Assembly (NCBI RefSeq): GCF_003945235.1
Contig: NZ_RSDW01000001.1
Span: 3,900,001 to 3,932,000, forward strand
Reading direction: 5' to 3'
Length of the DNA stretch: 32,000 nt
Source of the DNA: Edaphobacter aggregans
Lineage (GTDB): Bacteria; Acidobacteriota; Terriglobia; Terriglobales; Acidobacteriaceae
The position numbers and the translations under genes were made by a program. Of the stretch, positions 1-9,535 are shown piece by piece. The notes under the pieces were generated by a model that was not told where the DNA came from, made no database searches, and was given only the letters and a program-made list of their open reading frames with translations. The stretch's first letter is position 1; each line of letters opens with the position of its first letter.

Positions 1-108
1 AGCTATGTTGCCTTGATTAGCATTCCACTCGTTGGAATCGATGCTTCCGTCTTTTCCGAACTTGAAGTAAAGCTCGGTGAACAAGCTACCTTTTCGGTTG
101 TCAGCCAT
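1..108 (-). CDS. hypothetical protein; start codon in window, remainder runs off the left edge
   Basis: ATG at 108-106 preceded by AAGAGGA. The 36 in-window codons (MADNRKGSLFTELYFKFGKDGSIDSNEWNANQGNIA) prefer C/G-ending two-fold codons, unlike the overlapping + frame. No family recognised. Confidence 0.3.
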   Translation of the reverse strand, partial: MADNRKGSLFTELYFKFGKDGSIDSNEWNANQGNIA

Positions 109-957
109 AGTCCTCTTACAACGAGAGGGCTCCGTCCTTACGTAGCGGAACCTACTCTTTGCGATCCTTCCAGTTGTGTCCAGGAGATTAGGATCTCAGA
201 ATCTCTAGGGAATCAAATCGGGAGACTTTATGTATACGGGTCTCTAGAGAAGCGGGTCAAGAATGTGCCAGGGATGCCGGTCGTGAGGTTGGCAACTGGA
301 TTGGTGATGAGCGGAGTGGAGAGGGTGAAAGCGTGGGAGATTGCCCACAGCCTAAATGCGGAACACGCACTCTTGGTTTTGCACAGCTTCGACAAGAGAC
401 CGGCAGCCTCGACTCATGTCGACGATGCTGTACGGGAATTGCAAGAGCGATCAGGAGGGCTCTTGCTCGACTCGATGCAGACAAAGCAAGGACATGGCGC
501 GCCTGTGGTAGCGTTGGCGAGATAGTCCTCGCTTCTCGCTAAGACTTTGATCTGGAGTTGTTCCTGTGGCGAGTGCAGATCTTAAAATGGCACAATCGAA
601 TGTACGGCTGCGGGTTCTAGAGCACTTGCTCTGCTCGACCAGTTGTTCCCTCAAACGGAGTTTGCGGCGACTACGGTCGGCGTTGCTTTCTGAAAGGCCG
701 CCAAAACAAGCCCAAGGGTATTTCTGAAATTCGGAAAATCGTCCACTAGGGCCGATCATCCGCGTCTCGTTGGCCAATTGACGTTAAGATCAGTTGACCG
801 TATACGTAACTTCTTGTGACGCAAATTGTGACGTACAGCCTCAATCAGTCTCTGCAATACCCAACAAAATCAACGGTCTTGCATTTCTCTTCCGTGCGGG
901 CGTTTATGATATTTCCTCTTTATTTCCAATGAGATTGGATTGTTTTCGCTTCTCCTC

Positions 958-1011
958 CTGATCAAATTCGTAATCAGTAGGTCAGCGGTTCAAATCCGCT
1001 CATCGGCTCCA
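958..1011 (+). other. tRNA 3'-half-like fragment (variable-loop-like AGGTC, T-arm, acceptor 3' strand, CCA); no matching 5' half
   Basis: AGCGG-TTCAAAT-CCGCT T-arm at 984-1000, then CATCGGC-T-CCA at 1001-1011. The complementary 5' acceptor strand GCCGATG is absent upstream, so this is not an intact tRNA. Confidence 0.45.
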
Positions 1012-1102
1012 TCCCTTTCAAAATTCATTCGATCGAAAGATTTGCATAGTGGTTCGTTACATTTGCGCGGTCAGCCTGTGCTTTTGTGCGAGGATTCTCT
1101 GC

Positions 1103-2035
1103 ATGAGCGTTTTGGCCCGCGTTCTGTGGACTGCGCTGGGAGCTGGGATGTTCCTTTCAGCAGCCTGTGCGTGCGCCCAGGATCTTGAGCCGCGCTCTTA
1201 CTCTGCTTCTCCTGTGGGAACTTCGTTTGCCGGGGTGGGGCTCGGAAGGTCGAGTGGCGATATCTCGTTCGACCCTACGATTCCTGTTACGAATGTGACG
1301 GCCACTATATACGCGCCTGTGCTCGGCCTCGGGCGGACGTTCGGCATACTGGGGAGGCAGGCCTTGCTTACGGCGGCTCTGCCGTATGCGTGGGGAAATC
1401 TCTCAGGTGACGTGGGCAACGATGAGACCAGCATCTATCGCTCCGGCCTGGCGGATGTGAAGGCGCGGTTTTCGATCAATCTGCGGGGCAGTCCAGCCAT
1501 GACTCCTGCCGAATTTGCGAAGCGGACGCACCGTAGCTTCATTATCGGGACAAGCTTGTTCATTACCGCACCTGCCGGGCAGTATAGCGGCCAGAAGTTG
1601 ATCAATCTCGGCACGAACCGCTGGTCTTTCAAGCCCGAGCTGGGCGTGTCGTATCCGGTGAAGAAGCTGGATCTCGACCTCTATGGCGGTGCATGGTTTT
1701 TTATGGACAACGGAAACTTCTATCCGGGGCTGATGAACCGGTCGCAGGCACCGCTCACAACTCTTCAGGGTCATGTGAGTTACACCGTGCGCCGCGGTCT
1801 TTGGCTGGCGGTCGATTCGACGTGGTATGGAGGTGGCGAGACAACGGTCAATGGGGGACCGCCGACGGAGAGGCAGTCGAACAGCAGGCTTGGCGCGACG
1901 GTGTCGCTGCCGCTTGGGAAGTCGCAATCGCTGAAGATTGCCTACAGTTCAGGAGTGAGCGGAACCATAGGCTCAAAATTCAATACGGTCAGCGTCGGAT
2001 GGCAGCACATTTGGCTCGATCGCCGCTCGAAATGA
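1103..2035 (+). CDS. outer-membrane beta-barrel protein, MetA-pathway/phenol-degradation-like transporter family
   Basis: ATG 1103 with GAGGA 8 nt upstream. Signal peptide MSVLARVLWTALGAGMFLSAACACA/QD. LEPRSYSASPVG motif and alternating beta-strand pattern typical of this family (from memory). The longer ORF start at 1049 is not favoured. Confidence 0.75.
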   Translation: MSVLARVLWTALGAGMFLSAACACAQDLEPRSYSASPVGTSFAGVGLGRSSGDISFDPTIPVTNVTATIYAPVLGLGRTFGILGRQALLTAALPYAWGNLSGDVGNDETSIYRSGLADVKARFSINLRGSPAMTPAEFAKRTHRSFIIGTSLFITAPAGQYSGQKLINLGTNRWSFKPELGVSYPVKKLDLDLYGGAWFFMDNGNFYPGLMNRSQAPLTTLQGHVSYTVRRGLWLAVDSTWYGGGETTVNGGPPTERQSNSRLGATVSLPLGKSQSLKIAYSSGVSGTIGSKFNTVSVGWQHIWLDRRSK

Positions 2036-2149
2036 CGAATTTTGTGCTTGAACCTGATTTGGTACAAGTTATCCACGGATATATGGTGACTTCACGGTAA
2101 ATTCTCTTGATTGGCGTGCACTTGCGTCGGATACTCGGGGAAGAGTTTG

Positions 2150-3094
2150 ATGGATCCCTGTATGACGGTTGCCAACCGAGACACCGACGTGACCCGATAT
2201 AGCCGTCAAGATGTTCTACGAATCCTGCACCTGCATGCACGCCAGATTACGGCGTGGGAGCGGGCGGGGCTGATTTCTCCCACCGAACAGTATTCCTTTG
2301 AAGAACTGGGGCAGTTGCGGACGCTGCGCGATCTGCAGGCGCGGACTCGGTTTTCTGCCAGGAGCATACGAGCATCGGTGGATGCGATGCAGCGCGTAGC
2401 CGGGATGCGGAATCCTCTGATGGAGGCCAGCGCCGTGCGCAAAGGATCGCGGCTGGCGTTTCGTCATGGCGGCGCGTTGGTGGATCCCCTGTCGCAACAG
2501 CTGGCGTTTGATTTTGAGGTGCCGTCGGGATTGCGGGTGATGCGCTGTCAGGGAAGTAACTTGGCGCAGAAGGCCATCAATGTGCAGGAGCTGTTTCTGC
2601 AGGCGGTTCGGATGGAAGAGGATCCGGCGACGGTTCCACGGGCCATCGAGATATACGAGACGATCCTGTCTGTCGGGCCGCAGCATGCGCCGACACTGAT
2701 CAATCTCGGAACGATCCACTACAACATGCGTCAGTACGAGAAGGCCGAAGAGCTGTACCGGCGTGCGACCAAGGCCGACCCGGAGTACGCGCTCGCGTTC
2801 TTCGACCTGGGCAATGTGCTGGATGAGTTGCAACAGTTGAGCCAGGCGACGGAGGCCTATCAGAAGGCGGTGTCGCTGGTGCCCCAGTATGCCGATGCTC
2901 ATTACAATCTGGCGCTGGCGTATGAGCGGCAGGGTCAGCGGCGGCGGGCATTGCGGCACTGGTTGACATACGTTCGGCTCGATCCGGTAGGACCGTGGGC
3001 GAACCACGCGAAGGATCAGGCTCGGAAGATATTGAAGACGGAGAAGCTGTCGATTGTGAGCCGACGTGGGCGGCTGGTGAAGGCTGCTGGGTAG
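2150..3094 (+). CDS. MerR-type HTH domain protein with C-terminal TPR repeats
   Basis: N-terminus YSRQDVLRILHLHARQITAWERAGLISP is MerR-HTH-like. C-terminus has repeated TPR signatures (AEELYRRATKADPEYALAFFDLGNVL, ATEAYQKAVSLVPQYADAHYNLALAY). Start uncertain (2111 TTG, 2150 ATG or 2162 ATG). Confidence 0.75.
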   Translation: MDPCMTVANRDTDVTRYSRQDVLRILHLHARQITAWERAGLISPTEQYSFEELGQLRTLRDLQARTRFSARSIRASVDAMQRVAGMRNPLMEASAVRKGSRLAFRHGGALVDPLSQQLAFDFEVPSGLRVMRCQGSNLAQKAINVQELFLQAVRMEEDPATVPRAIEIYETILSVGPQHAPTLINLGTIHYNMRQYEKAEELYRRATKADPEYALAFFDLGNVLDELQQLSQATEAYQKAVSLVPQYADAHYNLALAYERQGQRRRALRHWLTYVRLDPVGPWANHAKDQARKILKTEKLSIVSRRGRLVKAAG

Positions 3095-3186
3095 GTAGCC
3101 TCTTCTGTTAGCTGTGGATGAATCACTATTCAGTCGTTATTCTGCGATGCTAGACTCACCTTTTTCAAAGTGTATGAGGTGAGTGG

Positions 3187-4341
3187 ATGGCAGAGCGGGG
3201 ACGTTCAGCGCTGACGCGGCTGAGTGACGATGAGCAGTTGTTTCGCGATACGGTTCGACGGTTCGCGGCGGAGCAGATCGGGCCTCTGGTGCGGGGAATG
3301 GATGAGGCGCAGCAGATGGATGCCGGGGTCATTCGGCAGCTGTTTGAACTGGGGCTGATGGGGATTGAGGTCCCGGAGCAATATGGCGGGGCAGGTGGGA
3401 CGTTCTTCGAAGCGATTCTTGGCGTGGAGGAGATCTCTGCGGTCGATCCTTCCGTCGGGGTGCTGGTCGATGTGCAGAATACGCTCTGCATCAATGCTCT
3501 GGTGCGGTGGGCGAATGAGGAGCAGAAGCAGAAGTATCTAACGCGACTGGCGACCGACACAATCGGGGCCTATGCGCTGAGCGAGGCGGCTTCGGGATCG
3601 GATGCGTTTGCATTGCAGACCCGTGCAGTACGGCGAGGCGACGACTACGTGCTAAACGGCCAGAAGCTCTGGATCACGAACGCGAAGGAAGCAGGCGTCT
3701 TTATCGTCTTCGCAACCATCGATCCAGCAGCCGGATACAAGGGGATCACTGCCTTCCTGGTGGAGAAGGGCGCGGCTGGTTTCTCTCTGGGCAAGAAGGA
3801 AGATAAGCTGGGGATTCGGGCATCAAGTACGTGCGAACTAGTCTTTCGCGACTGCGTTGTGCCGGCAGCGCAGGTGCTGGGCGAGCCGGGCAAGGGCTAC
3901 AAGATAGCCATCGAAACCCTGAACGAAGGCCGCATCGGGATAGGAGCCCAGATGCTCGGTCTCGCGCAGGGTGCATGGGGACATGCGGTCAAGTGGGCCA
4001 AGGAGCGGAAGCAGTTCGGTAAGCCGATCGTCGAGTTCCAGGCGATGCAGTTCCAACTTGCCGAGATGGCGACCGAGATCGAGGCAGCCCGGCTGATGGT
4101 CTATAACGCGGCCCGGTTGAAGGACGCGAAGCTCGAATTCCTGAAGGAGGCGGCGATGTGCAAGTACTTCGCCTCGCAGGTCGCCGAGCGCGTAGCCAGC
4201 CTCGCGGTCGAGGTCTACGGTGGCTCGGGATTCGTGAAGGACTATCCCGTGGAGAAGCTCTACCGCGACGCAAAGATCGGAAAAATCTACGAAGGGTCTT
4301 CGTTTATGCAACTGGCCACGATTGCAAAACTGACACTTTAG
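3187..4341 (+). CDS. acyl-CoA dehydrogenase (short/branched-chain type)
   Basis: Full-length ACAD architecture. YALSEAASGSDA, KLWITNA and C-terminal YEGSS (catalytic Glu region) motifs. GAGGTGA RBS upstream of the ATG. Confidence 0.93.
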   Translation: MAERGRSALTRLSDDEQLFRDTVRRFAAEQIGPLVRGMDEAQQMDAGVIRQLFELGLMGIEVPEQYGGAGGTFFEAILGVEEISAVDPSVGVLVDVQNTLCINALVRWANEEQKQKYLTRLATDTIGAYALSEAASGSDAFALQTRAVRRGDDYVLNGQKLWITNAKEAGVFIVFATIDPAAGYKGITAFLVEKGAAGFSLGKKEDKLGIRASSTCELVFRDCVVPAAQVLGEPGKGYKIAIETLNEGRIGIGAQMLGLAQGAWGHAVKWAKERKQFGKPIVEFQAMQFQLAEMATEIEAARLMVYNAARLKDAKLEFLKEAAMCKYFASQVAERVASLAVEVYGGSGFVKDYPVEKLYRDAKIGKIYEGSSFMQLATIAKLTL

Positions 4342-4398
4342 CGCGTCCTCGAGCAAGGACGGGCTGCAGGTTACACTAGTGGTCAGGCCACTTATTCA

Positions 4399-5637
4399 AT
4401 GACGAAGACTTCGAATGCACCCCCGCGGACACCTTTGCCCTTTCTGGGCCTGGCTTGTGCTGTCGGGGTGTCGACGATGTACTACAACCAGCCGCTGCTC
4501 GAGGAGATGGGACGCACCTACGGGGCAACGGCGGGGCGCACAGGATTCGTAGCCGTGGCCACGCAGGTCGGCTATGCCATTGGCCTACTCTGTTTCGTCC
4601 CGCTGGGCGATGTACTCGAACGCCGTGCCCTGATGATGCGGATGTACGGCGCGGTAGCAGTGGGTCTGCTGCTGGTAGCGATGGCCCCGACGCTCGGCTG
4701 GCTGATCGCCGGCAGCGTATTAATCGGCGTGCTGGCTTCGGTGACGCACATCGTGTTGCCCATCGCACCCGACCTGGTCAGTCACGAGGAGCGAGGCCGC
4801 GCGATCGGCATCGTTATGACTGGCCTCCTGCTGGGAATCCTTCTGGCCCGCACGTTCGCCGGATGGGTGAGCCGCATAAACGGTTGGCGATTGGTCTTTG
4901 TGGTGGCAGCAGTGATGAACGCAGCTTTTGTGCCACTGCTCTGGCGCGTGATGCCGAAGCTGCCGCCGAAACAGGAGCTCCGATACACCGATGCGATGCG
5001 CTCGCTGTGGACGCTGTTCAGCACACAACCTCTGTTGCGCGAATCTTGCATAATCGGCGCGTTGGTCTTCGCATCCTTCAGCTGTTTCTGGACGACGCTG
5101 GCGTTCCTGCTGGAGAGCCACTACCACCTCGGCGCAGGCGTTGCGGGAACCTTCGGGCTCGTGGGCGCGGCGGGAGCACTAGTAGCGCCGGTCGCCGGAA
5201 GGCTGGCCGACAAGCACGGTTCCCGCTGGGTCATCTCCGTAGGGATGGCGCTGCTGGCCTCATCCTATGTCCTCCTATGGGGCGAGGAGCGGTCGCACAT
5301 GGCCACAATGCTGCATATCGTGTCGCTTGCCGTCGGCGTCGTCATCCTCGACATGGGTGCACAGATGACCCAGGTGGCGAATCAGACGCGAATCTTCGGC
5401 CTGGCTCCCGAAGCAAGGAGCCGCATCAATACCGTCTACATGACGGTCTACTTTACCGGAGCCGCGGCAGGTTCGGCACTGGCGACCGTCGCGTGGGTGC
5501 ACTGGCAGTGGAACGGCGTCTGCGCTCTTGCCGTTAGCTTGATTGCTCTGGCCGCACTTCGTCACGCAACGGGTTGCCGCACGCCGGAGCAGGACCACTG
5601 CCATCCGACGGTCGAAGATGAATTGATGGAAGCGTAG
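4399..5637 (+). CDS. MFS transporter
   Basis: 412 aa, about 12 hydrophobic helices. MFS loop 2-3-like motif GDVLERR. Uninterrupted ORF with high GC3. Confidence 0.88.
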   Translation: MTKTSNAPPRTPLPFLGLACAVGVSTMYYNQPLLEEMGRTYGATAGRTGFVAVATQVGYAIGLLCFVPLGDVLERRALMMRMYGAVAVGLLLVAMAPTLGWLIAGSVLIGVLASVTHIVLPIAPDLVSHEERGRAIGIVMTGLLLGILLARTFAGWVSRINGWRLVFVVAAVMNAAFVPLLWRVMPKLPPKQELRYTDAMRSLWTLFSTQPLLRESCIIGALVFASFSCFWTTLAFLLESHYHLGAGVAGTFGLVGAAGALVAPVAGRLADKHGSRWVISVGMALLASSYVLLWGEERSHMATMLHIVSLAVGVVILDMGAQMTQVANQTRIFGLAPEARSRINTVYMTVYFTGAAAGSALATVAWVHWQWNGVCALAVSLIALAALRHATGCRTPEQDHCHPTVEDELMEA

Positions 5638-5653
5638 AAGACCCGCAGAGTGG

Positions 5654-5730
5654 TGGTGAGCGAGGCAGGGCTCGAACCTGCAACCGTCAGCTTAGAAGGC
5701 TGATGCTCTATCCAATTGAGCTACTCGCCC
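5654..5730 (-). tRNA. tRNA-Arg (anticodon UCU)
   Basis: Hand-folded 77-nt cloverleaf. Acceptor GGGCGAG/CTCGCTC (one G-U), anticodon stem TCAGC/GCTGA, loop CUUCUAA, T-loop GGTTCGAGCC, encoded CCA. Confidence 0.92.
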
Positions 5731-5853
5731 GCGTGTCGCACAGAAACGCTTCTATCCATTGTAACGGGCTGCTCCGAGAAGTCGAGATTTTACAAGCGTC
5801 AAACTTGGCTACTGATCGAGAACGATATAGTCCATTAAAGGAGACAATCGGCA

Positions 5854-6603
5854 ATGGAAAGACTGAAGGGCAAGCGAGCACTTATTACTGGAGGCACGAC
5901 AGGCATTGGCCTCGAGACGGCTCGGCAATTTCTCAGCGAGGGCGCACGCGTAGCGATCACTGGCAAGAATCCTGCGACTCTCGAAGCTGCACGCAAAGAA
6001 CTCGGCGCCGATGTGCTGGTCATTGAATCAGACGCAAGTGATGTAGCGGCCCAGAAGATGCTCGCAGAGACGATAGGCAACGCCTTCGGCGACCTCGACA
6101 TCCTGGTGGCGAACGCAGGAATCGCAGAGCTGCGACCGGTAGAACAGTGGGATGAGGCCGGCTTCGACCATTCCTTCGCCATCAATGTTAAGGGACCGTT
6201 CTTTCTGGTCCAGGCGCTCCTGCCCATCTTTGCCAATCCGTCTTCGATCGTGCTGACGACCTCAGTGAACGCGCACATCGGCATGCCAAACAGCTCCGTC
6301 TATGGAGCAACGAAAGCGGCACTCCTCTCGCTAAGCCGAACTCTGACCGGTGAATTGATCTCGCGCGGCATTCGCGTCAATGCCGTGAGCCCGGGGCCCA
6401 TCGAGACGCCGCTCTACGGCAAGCTCGGCCTATCTGAGTCCGATCTGAAGACGGTAGCTGACTCGATCAAAAGTCAGGTCCCCGTCCGGCGTTTCGGAAC
6501 CGCAACCGAAGTCGCCAAGGCGATCCTCTACTTTGCCTCTGACGAGTCCGCCTTCGCAGTAGGCAGCGAAATCATGCTCGACGGCGGAATGGGGACTCTA
6601 TGA
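5854..6603 (+). CDS. SDR family oxidoreductase
   Basis: TGGTTGIG cofactor motif, NAG, and catalytic S...YGATK (YxxxK). AAAGGAGA RBS upstream. Confidence 0.92.
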   Translation: MERLKGKRALITGGTTGIGLETARQFLSEGARVAITGKNPATLEAARKELGADVLVIESDASDVAAQKMLAETIGNAFGDLDILVANAGIAELRPVEQWDEAGFDHSFAINVKGPFFLVQALLPIFANPSSIVLTTSVNAHIGMPNSSVYGATKAALLSLSRTLTGELISRGIRVNAVSPGPIETPLYGKLGLSESDLKTVADSIKSQVPVRRFGTATEVAKAILYFASDESAFAVGSEIMLDGGMGTL

Positions 6604-6614
6604 AGAGATGTCCA

Positions 6615-6646
6615 GACGGGCGTTCGATAAAGTGCGAACGCCCGTC
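6615..6646. terminator. perfect 12-bp hairpin between convergent genes (candidate bidirectional terminator)
   Basis: GACGGGCGTTCG (6615-6626), loop ATAAAGTG, CGAACGCCCGTC (6635-6646). Lies between the SDR stop (6603) and the stop of the minus-strand CDS (6649). Confidence 0.6.
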
Positions 6647-6648
6647 GC

Positions 6649-7254
6649 TCAGGCAAGTCCAAAAGCACGGCTGCGAAGAATCCCTGCAACGTCATTAAGC
6701 CCGGCGGCCCAGTGTTCCTCGGCGGTCTGCGAATCATGACCCAGCGCCTTGACGTACAGGCTGATCGCAAAACCCTCGTGTGGAACAGTAATGTCGATGA
6801 GCGCGGGCCGCAGCACACAGTCGAGCATCGCGTAAGGATGGTCAAGCGGCGCTGCCTGGCGCGTGAGCCGGTGGAGAAGCTGCTCGTGCTGGTGAAACGA
6901 GGCGAAGGTCGACCGCTCACGCCACAGGATATCGATATAGCTCGCGAACCCCGCAGGAGTGTCCTCAGGAATCTGGTCAAGCTCGAAACGAAGCCGTTCA
7001 AGCTCGTCCCCTTCTACTTCGGAGTCCAGCGTCCACGCATCGCACTTCGCCGTGAAGACGACAGACCGGGGTGCATTCAAGGCGCGGAGAGCATGCATCA
7101 GAGGAGGGTAAAGCTCGGCCTCAGGCAGGTGGTCGAGGTCGTAAGGATTCTCACGCAGATCGATGAAATGGCGGTCGGGATTGGCAGGATCGGACCAGGG
7201 GACGACCAGTACAGGATCGTCCGCGGCGCATTCAACGGACCACTCGCAGAGCAT
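6649..7254 (-). CDS. hypothetical protein (201 aa, acidic, no family recognised)
   Basis: Clean ORF with natural-looking composition. The overlapping + ORF 6712..7281 is R-rich and shadow-like. Confidence 0.6.
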   Translation of the reverse strand: MLCEWSVECAADDPVLVVPWSDPANPDRHFIDLRENPYDLDHLPEAELYPPLMHALRALNAPRSVVFTAKCDAWTLDSEVEGDELERLRFELDQIPEDTPAGFASYIDILWRERSTFASFHQHEQLLHRLTRQAAPLDHPYAMLDCVLRPALIDITVPHEGFAISLYVKALGHDSQTAEEHWAAGLNDVAGILRSRAFGLA

Positions 7255-7524
7255 CTTTTTATCTTAGCCGGTGAAATTTGAGTGTTATGACCCGTGACAA
7301 AGGCAAATAATCTTGTCAAGTCCCCAAGTGCTCTATCCTATTCATATGAAATAGGATAGGCAGTGCATAATCATTTGACCCAATTCGCTAAGATAGTAAT
7401 AGTCACCAAAAAAATTTAGACAAGTTTCCCGCTTTGAGGAGAAAGTTCATATCCCGAAGTCCGGACTTATGTCATTTCTTTGGAAGACTTTAGGACTTTA
7501 AGTACCTCCGGGGGAGGGGTCGTT

Positions 7525-8559
7525 TCAGGCGTGGGCCAGAAGGTACTGTAGCAGGGTGTGCTCAGCCCAATAGCCGTCATAGCCGGTGGCGAGGTCGGGT
7601 GTGGCGAGGTAGGCGCAGTGGCCTCCATGTTTGCTCTCGATGAAGGTGATGTGCGGGTTCGCGGCAATGAGCACACGGCTCTCCGGCATGATCCGGAGAA
7701 ATGGGTCGTCTGCGGCGTTAAGAATAAGCGTGGGGACGGCGATGCGATCCAGGACGCGGGCGGCAGCGGCACGGTAATAGTAGTCATCGGCGCCGGTGAA
7801 GCCGGAGTAAAGCGCGGTAATGCGGTCGTCGAACTCGCGGATGGAGCGAAGGCCGACGGTCAGATTGGGATCGAACGCACGGGGAAAGAGCGCAGCCTTC
7901 CGGCGGAACCGACGGTTGAGCGCGCGGAGAAACTTGATCTCGTAGAGGCGATTGATCGGTGCGTGGAGCGCATCGGCGGAGGGACCAAGGTCAACGGCTG
8001 GAGACACGCCGATGACGGAGTGGAGTTCAGGTGGTGCATCGTGGCCCAGTTCGCCCGCCAGCTTGAGGACGAGGTTGCCGCCCATGGAGTAGCCGAGCAG
8101 GGATACGGACTGGAGGTCATACAGGTCGATGAAATGGCGCATGACGACAAAGACGTCACCCGAGAGACCGGAGTGGTAGAGGGTCGGGGTGAGCGCTTCA
8201 GTACCGCCGCAGTTGCGCATATTCATGCGGACGATGTTGCAGCCGCGCTGCCACAGCTTATTGGAGTTGCCAATGACATACTGCGAGTTGGACGAGCCTT
8301 CGAGGCCATGCACAATGATCACAGTGGGACGGCTGGCACGCACGTCGGCAGGCTGCCAGTGGCAGTCGCAACGGACCTGGCTGGAGATCTGAGTGTCGGT
8401 GGCGGGGGAGACCTCGACGAGGACCGACTCCGCCGGCGGCAGCAGATCGGTGCGGGGAAGGAAGTTGCCGAGGATGGTCTGGAGATGGCCGTTCGTGAAG
8501 AAGCGACGCGGGATGAACTCCGCGGCGTGTGCAGCCACGGTCTCGAGTGCGGTGCCCAT
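7525..8559 (-). CDS. alpha/beta hydrolase (YheT/ABHD-like)
   Basis: HGLEGS oxyanion region and GYSMGGN nucleophile elbow (GxSxG). C-terminal GGHCAY. ATG overlaps the upstream gene's TGA (TGATG). Confidence 0.88.
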   Translation of the reverse strand: MGTALETVAAHAAEFIPRRFFTNGHLQTILGNFLPRTDLLPPAESVLVEVSPATDTQISSQVRCDCHWQPADVRASRPTVIIVHGLEGSSNSQYVIGNSNKLWQRGCNIVRMNMRNCGGTEALTPTLYHSGLSGDVFVVMRHFIDLYDLQSVSLLGYSMGGNLVLKLAGELGHDAPPELHSVIGVSPAVDLGPSADALHAPINRLYEIKFLRALNRRFRRKAALFPRAFDPNLTVGLRSIREFDDRITALYSGFTGADDYYYRAAAARVLDRIAVPTLILNAADDPFLRIMPESRVLIAANPHITFIESKHGGHCAYLATPDLATGYDGYWAEHTLLQYLLAHA

Positions 8560-9359
8560 CAGGACTGACCTACCTTGCCTGCGACTCCAGCGAGAAAGGA
8601 GACGGCGTTCAGCGCTCCGCTGGGCTCATCCTCATGCTTGAAGTAGATATAGACGTCGCGGTCGCGCGCCAGAGCGGTGAATCGCTGGACAAAGGCATCG
8701 AGTTCGTCCGGGGTATAGACTCCGGTCCGGCGCAGTCGGAAGCTGGTATGCGTATTCGCCGTGTGGACCTCAGGCGTAGCAAGTTCGTCGCTCTCGGCAA
8801 TGCAGAGCGCAGCATTGTGCGCGCGCAGGATGTCGTAGATCTCGTCGGTGAACCACGACTCGTGGCGAAACTCGAACGCGATGGGCGCAGCACCGGCAGC
8901 GCGGAGAGCAGGTGCAGCGAGGAACGCGGAAAGCCGGGCGGCGTCGGCCTTGAGATTGGGCGGAAGTTGGAAGAGCACGAGGCCGAGCTTACCAGCCTGG
9001 CGAACGGGCTCGAGTGTGGAAAGGAAGTACGCCACATCGTCGTCGCAGGCGTTGAGACGTTTAATATGCGTGATGCGCTGCGGAGCCTTGAAGCTGAAGC
9101 GGAAGAACTCCGTCGTCGATGCAAGCCAGCCTTCGAGCATGGTCGCCGTAGGCAGCGCACGGAACGTATAGTTCACCTCAACCGAGCTGAGCTGCGACGA
9201 GTAGAACTCAAGGAAGCGCTTCGCCGGCGTGCCAGCGGGGTAGAAATCGGGCTTCCAGGTGGGATACGCCCAACCCGAAGTTCCGGCAAAGATACGCGAG
9301 GATGCGGCCGATGCTGCTACCGCAGAGGACGGGAGTGAAAATTGAGGTGCGCGGGGCAC
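8559..9359 (-). CDS. DUF72 family protein (YecE-like)
   Basis: IFAGTSGWAYPTWKPDFYP and downstream DUF72-like pattern. The ORF-track ATG at 9422 lies inside tRNA-His. GTG at 9359 (GGAGA 4 nt upstream) is the only canonical in-frame start downstream of the tRNA. Confidence 0.8.
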   Translation of the reverse strand: MPRAPQFSLPSSAVAASAASSRIFAGTSGWAYPTWKPDFYPAGTPAKRFLEFYSSQLSSVEVNYTFRALPTATMLEGWLASTTEFFRFSFKAPQRITHIKRLNACDDDVAYFLSTLEPVRQAGKLGLVLFQLPPNLKADAARLSAFLAAPALRAAGAAPIAFEFRHESWFTDEIYDILRAHNAALCIAESDELATPEVHTANTHTSFRLRRTGVYTPDELDAFVQRFTALARDRDVYIYFKHEDEPSGALNAVSFLAGVAGKVGQS

Positions 9360-9389
9360 TGGTCTCCGCAGGTGCTCGGTGGGGGATTT

Positions 9390-9465
9390 TGGGGCGGCTA
9401 GTGGGGTTCGAACCCACGACATCCGCTGCCACAGAGCGGCGTTCTGCCACTGAACTATAGCCGCC
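9390..9465 (-). tRNA. tRNA-His (anticodon GUG)
   Basis: 76 nt. Extra 5' G(-1) opposite C73, anticodon stem CCGCT/AGCGG, loop CUGUGGC, T-loop GGTTCGAACC, encoded CCA. Confidence 0.92.
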
Positions 9466-9535
9466 GTACTGCTTTCAATTGTAGCATCACATAGAGGCGA
9501 GGGTCAGCTTTATCGTCGGAGGGGAGGAAGATCGG

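Noticed and set aside
13-777. ORFs 13..525 (+), 333..542 (+), 257..484 (-), 451..777 (-)
   Set aside because: They overlap one another, have no recognisable family, and have weak or absent RBS (the 451..777 start is TTG). I cannot support any of them as a gene. The region is treated as uncertain or degraded in the left-edge finding.
1049-1102. Longer start (1049) for the outer-membrane barrel gene
   Set aside because: The extra 18 residues are Cys-rich and precede a complete signal peptide that begins at ATG 1103, which has a properly spaced GAGGA.
4455-5537. 360-aa + strand ORF in an alternative frame of the MFS gene
   Set aside because: Arg/Gly/Ala-rich off-frame product. The 4399..5637 frame gives a coherent 12-TM transporter.
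9360-9422. N-terminal 21 codons of ORF 8559..9422, with the ATG inside tRNA-His
   Set aside because: The start codon lies within the tRNA-His gene. The CDS is trimmed to GTG 9359, which has an SD-like GGAGA.
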